Shown here: positions 61,801 through 64,000 of the stretch, one piece after another | Numbering within the stretch: the stretch's first letter is position 1 | Layout of the letters: every line of letters begins with the position of its first letter | NCBI GenBank assembly: GCA_965649825.1 | Contig: OZ287695.1 | Coordinates: forward strand, 1,725,288 to 1,789,287 | Direction of reading: 5' to 3' | DNA from: Penicillus capitatus | Lineage: Eukaryota; Plantae; Chlorophyta | DNA length: 64,000 bases | The notes under the pieces: model-generated | The model's database searches: none | Told to the model about the DNA's origin: nothing | The model's input: the letters and a program-made list of their open reading frames with translations, nothing else | Made by a program: the position numbers and the translations under genes

Positions 61801-63828
61801 GCGGCGATTGGAAATCTCGTCACGGCGGCGCCTCAACACGCCGGAAAGATTCTGCCGACGCTGGTTAATGGGTGCAGCGACAGAGTCTCCAACGTACGCC
61901 AAGCAGCGATGTCGGCGATCGGCAGTGTGATCGCGGCGGAGTCTGAACTCGCCAGCGATGTTCTGGCAATGGTGGCGAAGGGGTGCGTGGACGCAGACTG
62001 GCACGTGCGTCAGGCGGCGATGACGGCGATCGGCAATGTCGTTGCAGTAGCGCCTGGACTCGCTGCGGATGCTCTTCCGACGCTGTCTAAGGGGTGCGTC
62101 GACGAAGACTGGCTTGTTCGTCAGGCAGCGATATCGGCGATCGGCAATGTCGTCCCTCCGGTTCCTGAACTCGCCGGCGAGGTTCTGCCGTCGCTATCTA
62201 AGGGGTGCGTGGACGAAGACTGGCACGTTCGTCAAGCAGCGGCGTCGGCGATTGAAAGTGTCGTCGCAGCGGCGCCTGGACTCGCTGCGGATGTTCTTCC
62301 GACGCTGGTTGAGTGTTGCGTGGACGAAGACTGGCACGTTCGTCAAGCAGCGGCGTCGGCGATTGGCAGTGTCGTCGCGGAGTCATCGCACATCCTGAGT
62401 CAACTGTTGCAGTTATTAGAAGCAGGATGCGAAGACGAAGACTTTCTTGTACGTCAGAATGCGATTGACGCCGTAGGCAAGACTTTCGAGGAGAAAGAGT
62501 ATTTCAGCGACCAGTGGCTGCCGATGCTGAAACGTGGGTGTAACGATCAAGCATTCTTTGTTCGCCAAAATGCATTAGAAGCTGTCTGCAAGGTTATCAT
62601 AGTGATGCCAAACCTTGCAGGCGGCTTGATAAATTTTCTTGACGAGAGATGCACCGACAATATCTATTTCGTGCGTTGTACTGCGATCAGAGTCGTCGGC
62701 AAGGTCTCCGGAGCAAGGCCGTACCTTATGAACAAACTTCTGCCGATGTTTGAGAGACATTGCTGCGATGAAGATTTCTTTGTGCGTCTGAACGCAATAG
62801 AGGCCGTTGGCTCGGCAGTCGGCGAGGCTCCGCAACTCGCGGGTGAATTCATGCCGATGCTGGAGAGAGGGTGCATGGATGAACACAATGATGTGCGTTC
62901 GACTACGCTCAAGGCTCTCGGCTCGGCCGTCTGCGCGGCTCCGCAACTCGCGGGTAAATTCATGCCGATGCTGGAGAGAGGGTGCATGGATGAACACAAT
63001 GATGTGCGTTCGACTACGCTCAAGGCTCTCGGCTCGGCCGTCTGCGCGGCTCCGCAACTCGCGGGTAAATTCATGCCGATGCTGGAGAGAGGGTGCATGG
63101 ATGAACACAATGATGTGCGTTCGACTACGCTCAAGGCTCTCGGCTCGGCCGTCTGCGCGGCTCCGCAACTCGCGGGTAAATTCATGCCGATGCTGGAGAG
63201 AGGGTGCATGGATGAACACAATGATGTGCGTTCGACTACGCTCAAGGCTCTCGGCTCGGCCGTCTGCGCGGCTCCGCAACTCGCGGGTAAATTCATGCCG
63301 ATGCTGGAGAGAGGGTGCATGGATGAACACAGCGATGTGCGTTCGATTGCGCTGAAGTCCATAGGAGCGGTGGCCAATCTTGTCGGCAAACTCGTGCCGA
63401 TGCTTGAGAGAGGGTGCATCGATGAATGCAGCGATGAGCGTTCGAATTCGTTGAAGACTATCAGTGGAGTCATCGAGACAACCTTGCACCTCGTGGGCGA
63501 ACTGTTGCCAAAGCTTCGAAACGAATGCAGCGACGAACACTCCTCTGTTCACCGAAATCCAACAACAACACCGAGCGAACTAAGACTTTATCGGGTTAAT
63601 CTTCTGTCAAGTGTCTCTGCAGCAAAACCCAACCTTTTGCTTATTTTCGTCCAAAACTCATTTACACTTGGCCCCCCAACAAAAGATAAGAAGGTTCCGT
63701 TAGTCTTGCATGCAACATCATTCCATGAGATTGGAAGATGGGACGGGGCAACTCTCAATAAGTATCTTGCGGATTTGAAGAAAGACTTTGAAGAAAAGTT
63801 TCCGAGTTTGTTGGAAAACCTTGCATAA
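55802..63828 (+). CDS. NLR-like STAND NTPase: N-terminal helical domain, NACHT, ~37 HEAT repeats (~2,600 aa; start ATG 55802 or 56021; one intron 57512-57564)
   Basis: ORFs 55802-57562 and 57541-63828 join in frame (..DDFTI / VACVLDEG..) through a gtaatg...ctgaag intron. Walker A LLYGNPGSGKT (~57853-57885), Walker B LLMVDGLDE (~58117-58143), sensor-1 LLSRP, IPMTANVLC, winged helix FLHPTFQEYFAG (~58714-58749), then D..W.VRQAA..AIG HEAT units. Confidence 0.9.
60862..62210 (+). repeat. 350-bp higher-order block duplication (60862-61211 = 61861-62210) within the HEAT array
   Basis: Compared line by line with no mismatch found; the offset is 999 bp = 9 x 111. Confidence 0.9.
62848..63331 (+). repeat. 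Four identical 111-bp units plus a partial fifth
   Basis: ttcatgccgatg...gcgggtaaa starts at 62848, 62959, 63070 and 63181; I found no difference on reading them. The partial copy starts at 63292. Confidence 0.95.
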
Positions 63829-64000
63829 GAGAATAAATGCATGGATACTTTCGAAATAAACGTTTACAGAACTCAGGCGATCGAGACACGTCAACATTTA
63901 TCACGATTTGCGCATTTTTGAAGTAAGTGTTTTGAAGATTTAAGCAAACGACTACTTCCCTTTAATGTTTCGGTCTGTCGAAGAAGATTTACATGTCTTT

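Larger units (their letters stand above)
59407..63501 (+). repeat. Coding tandem array of 111-bp (37-aa) HEAT repeats, ~37 units
   Basis: Unit starts fall exactly every 111 bp from 59407 (e.g. 59518, 60850, 62404, 62848) through unit 36 at 63292. Unit 36 is 33 aa and unit 37 starts at 63391. Consensus VLPTLSKGCVDEDWHVRQAAMSAIGSVVAAAPQHAGK. Confidence 0.97.

Noticed and set aside
62848-63331. Possible CRISPR array or non-coding satellite
   Set aside because: The units are contiguous with no unique spacers, have a 111-bp period, and are in frame within a protein-coding exon of a eukaryotic gene.
59410-63552. Long alternative-frame and antisense ORFs in the HEAT array (e.g. 60346-61005 -, 61195-62004 -, 62575-63552 -, 62807-63355 +)
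   Set aside because: They are by-products of a stop-free 111-bp GC-rich unit repeated in register; the translations are Arg-rich and not protein-like.
1-64000. Non-canonical genetic code (TAA/TAG = Gln, as in some ulvophytes)
   Set aside because: Well-defined genes end at TAA or TAG right after their conserved C-termini (KRS1, RPB4, PI4KB, peroxidase), and long exons contain no in-frame TAR.

Overview
Eukaryotic, gene-dense genomic DNA. Introns are short (about 43-60 nt, GT-AG, plus at least one likely GC-AG), the genetic code is standard, and many intergenic gaps are under 170 bp. Plant/chlorophyte-type genes (CW-SET H3K36 methyltransferase, ENT and SWIB proteins, plant-like SAICAR synthetase and PI4K-beta) suggest a compact-genome green alga; this is an inference, not proof. 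Bases 1-47,000 are a packed housekeeping block: partial OvoA-like methyltransferase, lysyl-tRNA synthetase, PDRG1/prefoldin-like gene, 6-phosphogluconolactonase, SRP72, BTB protein, bZIP, ARM protein, SAICAR synthetase, SET2-like, Rav1/DMXL, PI4K-beta, BAG6-like, ENT microprotein, SWIB, ABCC transporter, SPT6, RPB4, CS-domain protein and MLH3. After a ~3.8 kb gene-poor, AT-richer spacer come a secreted animal-type haem peroxidase with an unusual insertion, OGG1, and the most striking locus: a ~2,600-aa NLR-like STAND protein (helical N-terminal domain, NACHT NTPase, then ~37 tandem 37-aa HEAT repeats). Its 111-bp repeats show identical copies, block duplications, mosaic units and a hypervariable 5-residue loop. 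This looks like a fungal HET-type diversifying non-self receptor built from HEAT repeats in an alga. Gene models were spliced by eye, so some termini are approximate. I recognised no rRNA, tRNA, CRISPR array or transposon.
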